Below, piece by piece: positions 48,576 to 60,640 of a stretch of DNA of 64,000 bases. Under the pieces are notes generated by a model. That model was not told where the DNA came from. It searched no databases and worked only from the letters and a program-made list of their open reading frames with translations. Within the stretch, counting starts at the first letter, position 1. Each line of letters starts with the position of its first letter. Position numbers and translations under genes: made by a program. Source of the DNA: Blasia pusilla (taxonomy: Eukaryota). The stretch lies in assembly GCA_050084515.1 (NCBI GenBank), contig CM114271.1, positions 23,808,001 to 23,872,000 on the forward strand, in the 5' to 3' direction.

Positions 48576-49175
48576 AATGTACAGATGGGGGGAGTTAAAT
48601 AGGTAATTACCTAATTATCACTTATTTTCCATATTTATCCAGATTTTTAGTGATATTTTGGATTAGACTCCAAATTTTTATGGTGCCTTCAGAGCTAAGG
48701 GCTTTTAAGGTTACTAGGAATTTTGGAGAAATCCCTTGGATGCCTTTTGGGAGTACTTGGATTTTATTTGGGACCAACTTGGATATTTGCGCTCCTTCTT
48801 ACATCTAAAATAAACTCCAATTGACTCCACATTAGGTGAGTGTTTATGAGTGTGGAAATCTCTTGTTTCACTAAACTTGTTTGGTGATTTTGAGATTTCC
48901 GATTCATAGACTCGAGTGTTTTGACTTGATCCATTGGTTATCCTTAGCACATCAGGGATGTGGAGGTGATCAAGGAACCTTGTCTAAACACACCCATATC
49001 TACTTATTTCCTTTGAGAGCCCAACCCTAAAATTCCATCATTCACACGCTGGTACATTTCGAGCCATTGTTTTAGCATCTCACATCATTCTCTTTTCGGT
49101 ATTTTCTTATCTCAACACGTACATTTCTTTCCCTTGTATTTTTTAAGATATTATTATCTTCTTCATCCAAGGGAA

Positions 49176-50472
49176 ATGTCTAGCAGGGTTGTGTCATCGA
49201 GAGCGGGAGAGAATTGAAATGAGTCCAATGTCGATGCCAAGAGGCAAAGAGCAACTTTGAGGAATAATTTCAACATAGCCGTTAGAAAGGCATGGTTAGA
49301 CTGGTTTTTCTAGCTTTCTTTAGATAAGAGACGATGAGAAGTGGATGTCGTGGAGGCTGATAGGTTGACTAAATTTTGTGCCCAACAAGGTGTTAACCTA
49401 GAGAGAGCATATGTGAATCTCAAGACATGTAAGGATGAGAATCAGAATGTTGCAGCGTCGGCTCTCCTACAAAGATTTTGTATAGAGTTAAGAAGTGCTC
49501 AACATCTTTTCAAGAGCCGTAGGTTTTCTCTGGGGTTCACATTGACCGTTCCATGTGCAATAACTTTGATTTCCAATAAGAATGTAGTAATAGGACATGA
49601 TTCGAGCAATATTATGGGAACCTCTTTACACGGAATTGTGTACCGTTGTAAAATAAACGGAAGCCATGGCTTTAGGGAAGAAATATACTATTGCATGAAG
49701 GTGTATAATGAATCATCTCTATCACGATCTAGAAAATTGATGATGTGAGAAGAGTTGTTTGCGAGTATTTTACATCGCGATGTTTTTCGCATGGTGGGAA
49801 GATTGATCAAGGATCCACCGCGTGCCATTTGTCCATATTGGAATGGTGGACATCTCAAAAATTAGTTGCGAGCATGCCATAACTTGAAGAACATCGGGGG
49901 TAATCTAGGAGAGTTGGAAAAGATGAGATGTCTCGCAATAGCATCAAATGTCGTCCAGCTTGTAGTTGCCCTTCTTGGAACCATGGAGACTGTCCACAAG
50001 CGTGGGGTTTTTCATACCGATCTCCATGCTAGAAACATGTTCATCCATTTTGGATCCAACTCTAGCCCATATATCGGCGTTTGGAAATTGGGGGAATGCC
50101 ATGTGGATTGATGAAGGCTTAGAGTCTCCTCATAGATGGTGGCAGCATGAACAAAAAATTCATGTTGGGCATAGAGCACCGGAGTTGACAGTAGGGCCTT
50201 AGAATCTCCCTTTTAGCAAGGCCACTAAAATCTATGCCCTAGGAATGATTGTGAAGAATTTGAACTATGTGACACACAACCTCTCTGTCATGAATACCTA
50301 AGCAAACGTGAGATTTACTTATTTGGAAAGGATTCAAAAGTGGACATTAGCTCTGAATCCCTCTTATCGCAAAAGCTTAGATTTTGTTATTGCATATATC
50401 AAAGAAAATGCGAAAGTATTAGGTGTAGACGATGTAGATTCGGGATTAAGGCCAATACCAGTGGTAGTATGA
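49176..50472 (+). pseudogene. Intronless protein kinase pseudogene (~430 codons)
   Basis: One frame runs from ATG 49176 through stops, with a single frameshift near 50080. Kinase motifs: MGTSLHGIVYRC (Gly loop), YCMKVY (Lys), EE (helix C), PYWNGGHL, VHKRGVFHTDLHARNMF (catalytic loop), GNWGNA (DFG-like), HRAPEL, KIYALG and NPSYR. Confidence 0.85.
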
Positions 50473-50667
50473 TTGTAAACCCGTTTAAGGATTGGATATT
50501 TTTTGATGAGAAATGAAAGACTTGGTTCAAAAAGATGAATGTGTTACTATGAAATTTTGTAAATGATGAATCTTGATTGATGTGCGGATGTATTGTGTGC
50601 CATCGTATCAATGTTATTGGAATCATTTCTAAATCACCTTTCTTTTTGTATTTCGGTAAAAGACAAG

Positions 50668-51645
50668 ATGGAGTTGCCACCTCATGAAGATCTTAGCCCT
50701 CACGACAATCAGGACAACAGAAGAGGGGAAGAACCCCCCGATATACCAACACCAAAGATCCCTCTGAAGGTGAACAAGAAGACAGTCTCGTAATTCATCA
50801 CGGAAGATGAATTGAAGGCGCATCTGGATAACACCATTGACCCACAAGTTTTGAAAGGAGGGTTCAAGAAGTCGCGGCTGAAGTGGCTTGAGTGTGCGAT
50901 TAGAGAATTTGCAAGGAAAATGGAAGAGAATGACTAGACAAAGGATTGGGCTTTATTCAATGGCGTCCCAAAGTACAAAGACCTCCCCAAGAGAAAGATG
51001 AAGTTAGTGAGCAAGGTATTTGTTCAGCTCAAAGTCGCGGAGTTGATGAAGGATATGGAGGTCCAGTATGGCGATGTGGATGAGGGGTCTTCAAAAAGAG
51101 ATAAGAGACCAAGAGAAGAAGACAGTCGAACCCCACGGCAACACTTTAAAAGAGCAAGAGTGGAAGCTTCATCACCACGAGCCTCCTCACGCCATTATCA
51201 GCAAGATGGATTGTTAAGAAGCCTTAGAGCCATACTATCTTTCTTGGATGGTCAAAGAAGAAATAGTCGTGCTGAAGAGTATATACAAGACAAGAGTGGA
51301 GATGAAGGGTGAGTAGAGATGAGAGCAGAGGATAGACAAGATGGTTTGAATGACTTCTATGTAGATCATAGTACGAGCTTTGATGAGCCCGGGGGGAGTT
51401 TTGATCCCCCTATACATAGTAGTGCTCCTCCCCAAACCTTTCGCGGTGAGAGTGCTTCGGATAATAGCGAGGTAATGTCTCGTTTATCACAGTTGGAGAG
51501 TTTAATAACAAATTCCCAACGCAATTTTGATTTGGCCGTGGAATTCAATGTTTTGAAGGGGAAGTATGAACAGCTATCTGAGGAGCACATCAGATTGAAG
51601 AAAGAGATGGAGAGGTTTTCGCACTGGAGTAGTTGCACCGTCTAG
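50668..51645 (+). pseudogene. Unknown ~325-codon gene (charged, C-terminal coiled coil), disrupted by three in-frame stops
   Basis: ORFs 50593/50668, 50998 and 51319 share one frame, broken only by TAA, TAG and TGA. There is a basic NLS-like stretch (SKRDKRPREE..HFKRAR) and a heptad-like end (LSQLESLITNSQRNFDLAVEFNVLKGKYEQLSEEHIRLKKEME). Confidence 0.55.
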
Positions 51646-52800
51646 TTGGGTTCGTCCCAGGTTCAACCCTGTGGTTGAGTTCTTTGCTGAGTTGAGGGCG
51701 AGCTACCAGGGGGTACAGACGGAGAAGTTCTTTAGCATCCACAACTTCCAGAGCCGCCCGGGTGAGAGTTTACGTGAGGCTTACACTTGCTTGCGCCGGT
51801 TGATCAACGTCACTCAGGGGGTGATAGAGGCTCAGGCTATCCAGTCATGGTACGCGATGCTGGACCAGACCCTGCGGACACGGGTGCGGGAGGGGGTGCT
51901 TCTTATGAACACCTCCCCTACGTTGAGAGATGTTTTTAGGACCACCGAGAACATTGAGCGCAACATGGCGGAGGAGAGCGTAGCCACCATGGGTTCTGGG
52001 CGAGAGGAGTCACGATTGTCTGCACCACCTGTGCAACAACGTGGACTCAAGATAGGTCGATGCGGGCACCACGAGCTCGGGGAGGATATCGAGAGGCGTG
52101 CCCACGAGACTGCGCCTTCATATGCGGCTCAGCAGCAGCCGCCTACTATTACTTGTTGGTCATGTGGTGGAGCCCATCATCAACGCGATTGCACTCGTCA
52201 GGGTCATGGACGTGTGCCTCAGCATGGAGGAGGAGATGGTGCTGCACCAGGAGGTTATCAGTGTGACTATTGTCAGAGGTATGGTCATACACCCACAAGG
52301 TGTTTCAATTTACATCCTGAGTTACGTCCGGACCGAGGGCCAGAGAGGGCATCAGAGCGAGTAGCCGGTCCAAGTGGGCTAGAGATCGTGCACCAGGTGG
52401 TCCCGTTGGGGGACGAGGAGCTGGAGATGCCCGACAGGGTGGTGGAGCTGCTCGTGGAGGAGGTAGAGTCCAACCACCTAGACGCATCGAGGGAGATGCC
52501 GGACGTGAGGCTAGGATGGCTGCTTAGATACATCAGCTACAAGAGCAGATTGCCGCTATGGCATTGAGATTACCCGATGCCGGATCCATGGCATCGACAT
52601 CATATGGAAGAGCTAGAGATATGGAGGATCCTGGTTGGATGTGTGGGGTTGCGCAGATGGAGGCATCCACAGTTGTGACGCGTGGAGCAGCCGCAGAGTT
52701 GGATCCATAGCGAGGGGAAGCCAGGAAACAGACTAGGCTTCCTCGGTCTTTCATGTTGTTTGAGGCGATGAGGACCCCATTGATGGGTCCTGATCAGAGT
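51620..52800 (+). mobile_element. Second Gypsy-like gag fragment, same family as 32602-34837
   Basis: FNPVVEFFAELRASYQGVQTEKFFSIHNFQSRPGESLREAY aligns with FSPTMEFF..RSYQGVRTNKLKSLQDFQRRSGESLREAF. Zinc knuckles are CWSCGGAHHQRDC and CDYCQRYGHTPTRC. The downstream VVTRGAA..DP..LPRSF.L.EA.RTPLM block is shared with copy 1. Confidence 0.85.
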
Positions 52801-55800
52801 TCCTCGAGAGTTAGTGATGTTGTTGGTGTGCAGGCATAGAGGGCGATGGGAGAAGCAAGTGCGACGACTCGTATTGTTGATGCTAGGAGGGGCATGTGTC
52901 GAGCACGTTGTTGGGGGCGGCATGAACAAAGATTGAGAAACTGCCCTTAAACTATGAGATTGGCAGTTGGGTTGAGGGCCAAAAGGAGCGGTCTAAGAGG
53001 ATTTTTCCAAAGGTGAGAAGGGGTGGAGATAAGGGGGAAGGTCTCCAAGGGATGCTTGCAAAAATTAAATTGAGAGTTTCCTTAGTAGATTTTATTGTAT
53101 ATCTTTTGATGCACGGTTGCATGTGGGTATAATTTTGTTGGCTTCCAATTTTAGACGATGAAAAAAAGAAGTGTGTTGTGTAATATCGTGTATACACATG
53201 ACAAGGATTAGCAATGATAGTAAATTCTATCTACTTATGACAAATTTTCATACTTGTAGACACGTTGCGCATCCAAAATTTTGTGCATGTTTGTGTGTGT
53301 GAGAGCAAACTTCTCATGAGATGCATGAGATCACATGAATGGATAATGAAAGTAAGTATGCCGATGGAATACATGGGAAAAAACACTAGATTCTAATAAT
53401 TCTAGTAACAAAAATATTTTGAATAATCCAATCAAATTGAACTAAGTTAAACATACATGTATGAATTCCATGTCTTGTGAGCATTAGTTCATTGTGATTT
53501 AAAAGACATTTCTACTTACTAACTAAAGGATGACTATGTACGAACTTCCATTATTAAGTACCATGTCTAAATCGATCTGTGCTTAAATTGGGCCTAATTT
53601 TATGAAGATGATGAATATACACGACCTCTCGGTTAGGGAGTCCATGAAGTGGCTTAAAGAAGGCCCCCATATATGGTGGCCCTAGTAAATCTCTCAAGCT
53701 TGTTGTTGGATAACATACTCGTGAAGAGGAAAGAACACCATAGATAGTGTAGAAGAGAAAAGGACACAAGTCTATCAAATTGAAGAACAAGGAGATTCAT
53801 AGAGCCCCTATGCATGAATCCCCAAGAGCGGAAGGTTGCATAGATGTGGTAAGCCCTATGAACGAGATAAGTATGATTCTCTACTGAAAAGGTTTACCCC
53901 ATCCCACTAGAACGCCGGTCTCCAACCACCAAGTTCATGCATTCCTCCTTGAAAGCGGTGAAACAATTTCCAACTGCAGCGTTAATCGATTGAGATAACT
54001 CCACCTCCTTAAGAATGCATGCCCAGTGTTTGTCTTCACCGAGGAAAACGACTCCTAAATTCCCGAGTTCGTACATCAGCCTCTACTAACTTGTAAGGGT
54101 ACTTGGCCTTTTGATCTAGTTAAATGGACCTTTGGGTTCCAAGCTTGGGCTTGGGATGCACCTAGGCATGGTACTCGAAGGGGTACATGGAAGGACCGTA
54201 GTGGTTTGAACCATTGGATGAAGATGGTTTTGTGGGCGTCTTCTCCCATATGCGGCGACCCTGTAAGGTCAAGGATGAACCCCCCATTAGATGAATGCAT
54301 CTTCGCTTTATTTCTTTATGTCCGCCTCGTTTTTCTTTCCTTCCCTATTACATCCATTTCCATTGGAGAATCCAACAAATGATCTTCGCTTCACATGGGA
54401 CGCGTGTCGTGTCGGATCCGTTCACGCTGGGGGCAAGAGATTCTCACCACCAAAGTTAACTCTGCTTAGGGTGTGTCACGTACGCCTTGTTGGTATTTTT
54501 CCCGAACCACAAAGTATCCTTACATCGACGGTCTACTCACCTATTGAGAGGGTGAGTAGACCGTAGAGATGTGAGGATACCGGTGGTTCGGATCCCACAA
54601 GAAGGAAAGGAAAGATCAGTGGATTATTCTTAGACTCTCCCAAGATAAATCATCGTGCGTTTCGCCGTAGTGTTGTCTAACGGGGCGGTTCAAAGCGCCC
54701 CTCTTAGGGTGTCCTTCATAGCCACAAGAAGATAAACGTGTTCGATTTTGTTGGGCTTTTCACGACACCGGTTTGAACATTACTACAAACCACTTTGTGA
54801 AATCGGGTGGTGTCGAGCTTAGAGTTCCGAGGTGGTTAACCCAGGCCTTGCAAACGATGATTCCGTAAACCACGCTCTCCCCGAACTCCGCTGAAGTGAA
54901 CCCTCCGAAGCTCCACCAAAGAATCGTAAGCGAAAGTCCCAGCTCCCGGGGGGTAGGAGGGGCAAGTGACTCACGTGAATCAGCCGCCCAACGTTTGCAC
55001 TGGACTCATTTGGAAGCGAAGTCAACACGAGGATCCTTACGGGGCCCTCGTGTTTTTACTCATGTAGTTACTTACTTACCTAAAATCGGGTGAATGTTAT
55101 GGAAAAAGCCTCAAGGGCAGGCCCAAAAAAGCCGCTTCGAGTTGTCGGGTGATTTTTGAGTCGGGCATATAGAGTGCCAGGTGTGCAGCGCAACGCGCGC
55201 AAAGGCGACTTCCGAATAAGCTGGAGTCCCAGTCGAAGTCACGGGCGGAGTGCAAGTCGAGAGCCTTTCTACACTCATCCACCAACCCTGTGTTCATCCA
55301 TTCGCTTATCTAAAGAAGCTAGCTACTGTAGATGGAGGGTCCGAGGATGTGGAGCGAGGATGCTGGAGGGAAGAATTGAAGGAAGGTTTGCAGTTGGCAG
55401 GCTTTTCCGCTCTTCCATTCGGACAAACCCCATCTTTCACCTCGTTTCTACGCATGTAAGAGGCTCAGAACTTCCTCCGGTTTTGCCAGAAGTCAATCGG
55501 AGTCAAACCGGGCTGCCGGGCTCGGGATCCGCGAGTTCTCGGACATCCTCTCGACGTTCGGCAGAGGTTCGATGACCCCATTCGAAACTCTCAGGAGGTG
55601 GCGAGCGCCTCCGCTCAGCAGCCTCAGCAGCCTCATCCTCGCAGACGCATTTCTAGGGGCAGTAACGAAATCTCGTGGGCCAATGACTCGCAAGTGAGGA
55701 TCCTTCCGAGTAGCGTCGATATGCGCGCACTGCGTAGGGTGGACGGAGCAAGTCACGAAGAATGATCGTTCCCACCCCAAGGCCGATTTGGAGGGGGTTT

Positions 55801-55882
55801 CCTCCCTCCCCCCCACCCCCCACCTTGAGACGTAAGATCGAAGCTGGGATTTGGGAATTCCTTCGTCCTTCCTTCATTCCTA

Positions 55883-55910
55883 GCCTGCCTGCCTGCCTGC
55901 CTGCCTGCCT
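55883..55910 (+). repeat. (GCCT)7 microsatellite
   Basis: Read directly; it lies about 1 kb upstream of the GS start codon. Confidence 0.9.
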
Positions 55911-56916
55911 GACTGATTGGGAGGTTGTGGTTGATCGGAATTGGGGATGGTGAGGCTGGCGGAACGCTTTAATGGGAGGGGGTCGAGGCCCGAGGGAAGA
56001 ATGACGTCGGGTGTAGGAAGTGGTCAGCGAAGTCTTTCCGGTGACGTGTTTGAGATAGTATCGCCGTACGACGAGGACGAGGGAGGCGAGCGAATAACGG
56101 GAAGGAGAAGGTGCCAAAGAATTCGTTTGTCACCTTCGTTCAGCCCGGAGTCCCGGACCACGACGGTCAAGGTAAAAAAAGAAAATTGCTCACCGTGGCT
56201 TTCCACGTCGGAGGAGCGCACGCCTATCGCGGCCGGACGGGCCAGGCAGGCAGGGACCCCTGGCCCGGCCGCTCGGTGCTAGCTACCCTTTGGCTACTCA
56301 GCCGTGCCAGCCCAAGTTAGCCAAGGCCCTAAGGTCGAGGTTTCCTGCCTTCCGTGAATCCGTAGGTGCCGGTGGCCCCCAGCGTCCCAGAAGCCGGGGA
56401 GGGAGGGACGTCACAGGCCGGAAGAGCTGGATCACGGGACGGCAGGGGTCCCTTACGAATGGACAGGCGTATAGGTCGCGCGATCATTTCTGCGTCCAAA
56501 CCAGTTCACCAATAGATAATGTGACAAAACGCATCGGTCCCTAGTAACTACTTCCGGTCATCACGCTGCGTCCAAAAGTTTTGGGCGGAAAAAAAACTGG
56601 CGACCCGTATGGTCGCCAGTCCGCCTGGTGTGCATGGGATCTGGCCCTTAGAAATAGTACGGCAAGCGCCAGCCCAGCGACGAACGTCGCGGTCTCCGGG
56701 CCCAGGGCCGAACTGGTCCAGCGAACGAGTACTTGTAGCCCTCTGCCTGGAGGGATCGGCCGGTAGTGCGCGTAAGCGGAGAAGAGAACAGGAGGCTCCG
56801 AGCGCTGAGCTGCAGACGAGAGAATTTCGTTTCGGCGATTGCTCGCCTGATCGACTCGTTGCTCGGTTCCTCGTCGGGTGTCGGGTGACACTTCTCTATC
56901 ACGCAGGGAGAACACA

Positions 56917-59900
56917 ATGGCGGAACTCCAAGGGTTGTTGGACTTGAAATTGGAGGAGGTCACGAATTCCATCATCGCAGAGTACATCTGGTAGGTTTCT
57001 CGCTGCTGGCAACTTCCATCCATATGGAACCTTGCAACTTCGCCAAATTCGGTGCAGGCTGAAGTGTGGACGTGAGCTGAGACGTAATGGGTGTGGTGTG
57101 CATTATGTGTACTGTCGTTGCGTTTCTCAATTTCTAAACACGAGCCAATTTAGCTGCGCTTGAACGTTTTTTTCCCTTGGAACTCTTGAACGCAGGATTG
57201 GCGGGTCAGGCCTGGATATCCGTAGCAAAGCACGGGTCAGCATCTTTTTCCCTCGTTCTCCAAAGTTTCCGCCTCTGGCTTCATGTGTTTTCCAGCCCAA
57301 GGAACTTGAGCCGCTTATCTTCTATTTCGTCTACCTCTGGACGCTATTATGGCAGGCAAGTCGCGCAGGACGAAGCATTTTGGTTACAGGGTATGCTTAC
57401 AGGATTTTCGGACTTGTCTCGTACTTGTGCAGACCTTACCAGGACCAGTGAAGGGTCCGAATGAACTCCCGAAATGGAACTACGATGGATCAAGCACTGG
57501 ACAAGCTCCGGGAGCAGACAGTGAAGTTATCCTTTAGTACGAGATCTATACTTCTTCTTGCTATTTCACTACTCTGGTGGGGACTGTTTCTTTGGAAGAC
57601 GCGTGCAGCGCGCGGTGCCTCTTATGCCAATTTTGACTTCCAAATTTGGATCCGGGTTCTTTAGCCTGACTCGAAGCTCCTCAGAGCAGATTTGGCTGTT
57701 CGGCCTCTTGACAGTGTTTTTGTTTCTACTGTGCAGTCCACAGGCTATCTTCAGGGATCCCTTCAGAAGGGGAAACAACATCTTGGTAAAGCCTTGTATT
57801 CTTTGATTTCTTCCTGCTCTAGTGGCGCATTCTACATCTTGAACTGAAAATCGAGAGTGCCTATTGTGGCGAAATTCTTGTTTCCTCCATGACGTAACGT
57901 GCATGGGTGTATCATCTCCTAAGTCGATCATTCTGTATCTTTAGGTGCAGATCAAGAGCAACTGTGGTAGGGAGTCAGTAGGCTCCTCTGTCATGCATAT
58001 TGCGACTTAAAGTAGAGCATCGTGCACGCGAAGTGAAGATCGAGAGTATCCACCAGGGGTATCCTCTATCACACAGAGGTCTATCGTAACTCATAGTGTT
58101 GTTGCTACTGCAGGTTATGTGCGATTGTTACACCCCACAAGGTGTACCCATTCCGACAAACAAACGCGCGGAGGCAGCAGAAATTTTCAACCACCCAGAT
58201 GTTGTCAAGGAGGTTCCCTGGTGTGTAATTCTTCATATCCTTGATCGCAGTGTGGATCATGATACACTGGAGAGACACGTGAAGTTTGAAAGAGATGCAG
58301 TGTGGATGGTCTGGGCTTGTTTGTCCATTCTGCTTTTGAATTGACCGCTGTGAAGAACAAGTGCACCTTGCACTTTCACTCTCCGCCTTGGTGGCAAAGA
58401 AATGAACAGCAAAATGTTGGTTTCGTTTGCTCTTTCAGGTTTGGAATTGAGCAAGAGTACACTCTGCTTCAGAAGGATGTGAAGTGGCCTCTCGGATGGC
58501 CCGTTAATGGTTTCCCAGGACCTCAGGTTTGTTCACACAACCGTTGACGCATTTAGGCTCAGTTTCGAAGAATACGGACTGCTAACATTGGAACTCTGGT
58601 AACGATCTTTCAGATCCATGTTCACTGAAGTCTATGTTCTGTTTTCCTGGAATAGGGACCCTACTACTGTGGAACGGGAGCGGACAAAGCTTGGGGACGA
58701 GACATTGTAAACGCACACTACAAGGCGTGCCTCTACGCTGGTATTCAGATCAGTGGAATCAACGGCGAGGTTATGCCAGGACAGGTACTTGCTCTTCAGC
58801 ATGACGAGAAGTCTCCCTCCAATCGATTGAAATGGAAAACGTAGCCCACGGTTGCTTTCGACGCCAACGTCTCACACAATACCGCTTCCAAAGATTCGTA
58901 TCTTTGTACGGGGTGCAGAGAGTCGTCGGTAGTTCTTTATGTACGTGCTAGCGAACATTTAGTCTGAACAAGTCGCTCGGATTTAACAGCAGATCTAGCA
59001 CGGGCCCTTTTCTTGTGTACTTCGTTAGAGGCTGCTGGTAAGGCACGGTTCGATCAATCCAGAGGCACACTTCATTTGTGGACCATCTAACCGTCATGAG
59101 TGGACATGTGCCTATGTTGGTTATTTTTAGCACCCATGGATTCGACGTCTTCTGATGTACTTAACTCTGGCCAAACCGGAAGTCACACCACCGCTTCGCA
59201 CACGAACTAATTGTCGTGCGTCGTCGATTTGTCTACGTTGCAGTGGGAGTATCAAGTAGGGCCCTCCGTCGGGATTTCTTCCGGAGACCAAGTTTGGGTG
59301 TCCCGTTACCTTCTGGAGGTTTGTGCGTAATGTCGCTTGGATAGTTTTGTGTTTACACGCTTCGAAGAACACCCGCGAAGCATCCGGAAACCGTTTTGCG
59401 TTTTACTGCAATTATGAAGATGACTACCAGAGTAAGTAATGGCGTGTGGACGGTGGATTTTCCTTCGGTGGTTGCAGAGAATCACAGAGATTGCCGGAGT
59501 TGTTCTCAGCCTCGACCCCAAACCCATCGAGGTAGGTTCATGTTTCGCGTATGTGTTTCCGCCAGAAGTACCTGATACGGCAGTTTCTACACTTCTGAAG
59601 TCAGGTTCTTGACTTCGAAGTACACATTCGATGTCTAGTCCGTTACGAAGTACAGACGTCTGATGTAGACACGACTATAACTTGCGTAGGCACGTATCCA
59701 AAAGGTACTGTGAAGAACTGAAAAAATTAATAACAATAATAACATTGACCGCAAACGTCTAACGTAGGTGACTGCGATACTTTGAATATGTCTGGGTCCT
59801 TATCTTTGTGAATCTATGTCCCTGTCGACAGGGAGACTGGAACGGAGCTGGATGCCATACCAACTACAGGTACGTCCAATTTTCGTTGGATTTAAGAAAC

Positions 59901-60640
59901 ACAGCTTAATATCTGCATGCCCACTATTTTTCGTCCATCGCCTATCATCATGTTCTGAGAGTTTCTGAGACGTCTCGTGGGGCTGTGGATGACAGCACCA
60001 AGTCGATGAGAGAGGAAGGAGGGTATGAAATTATCAAGAAGGCAATTGAGAAGCTTGGAATGCGCCACAAGGAGCACATTGCAGCTTACGGAGAAGGAAA
60101 TGAGAGACGATTGACCGGTCGACACGAAACTGCGTCTATTAACAATTTCTCTTGGGTAGCGTCCTCAACAGTTTTTTGGCCCGTCTAAGTTTTAGACAGG
60201 CCCTTTGAATTGCTCTCCTTCGTAGCTTGACCTCAAATTGAGAATCTCGTAGCTTATAGAATGCTCAAATCTGTCCACCGTAAGCGTTTACTCACTCAAT
60301 CGTCACATCAATCGTGTGCAGGGTGTTGCCAACCGTGGTGCTTCCGTCCGCGTTGGGCGCGACACAGAGAAGGAAGGCAAAGGTGAGGACAAGTTCTCGT
60401 GACGCGTTAAGATAATTCACAGTAGAGAGAGATGAACGTTTCGTTTCTAGCTCATTACAAGTTCATTTTGGGTGTGCTTCGAAAACGTGACGCTGGTGTG
60501 AATTGTTTTGCTGTGAAGGTTACTTCGAAGATCGACGCCCCGCTTCGAACATGGACCCATACGTCGTCACGTCATTGGTTGCCCACACAACTATTACCTG
60601 GAAACCAGAAGGTCAGCAGAAGACAAACCAATTCGATTAA
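56917..60640 (+). CDS. GLN1: Glutamine synthetase (GSII, cytosolic-type N-terminus), 13 exons, 366 aa
   Basis: Exons: 56917-56990, 57196-57235, 57433-57536, 57737-57785, 58114-58220, 58439-58526, 58656-58784, 59244-59318, 59478-59531, 59832-59869, 59996-60155, 60322-60382, 60519-60640 (sum 1101 nt). Motifs: [103 protein letters not shown] and [18 protein letters not shown]. Confidence 0.97.

Noticed and set aside
48691-48714. Partner piggyBac terminus (gggcttttaaggttac) for the TTAA-CCCCTAAAAGC end at 25015
   Set aside because: The match is partial and lacks the terminal TTAA. It is too weak to claim a 23-kb element, though it is worth rechecking against a family consensus.
53894-54076. Protein-like minus-strand fragment (MYELGNLGVVFLGEDKHWAC..)
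   Set aside because: Only 60 aa, with no identifiable family or splice context.
54800-56900. Many overlapping GC-rich ORFs upstream of GS, as a possible transit-peptide exon
   Set aside because: Expected by chance in a GC-rich promoter/leader; no exon could be linked in frame with confidence.
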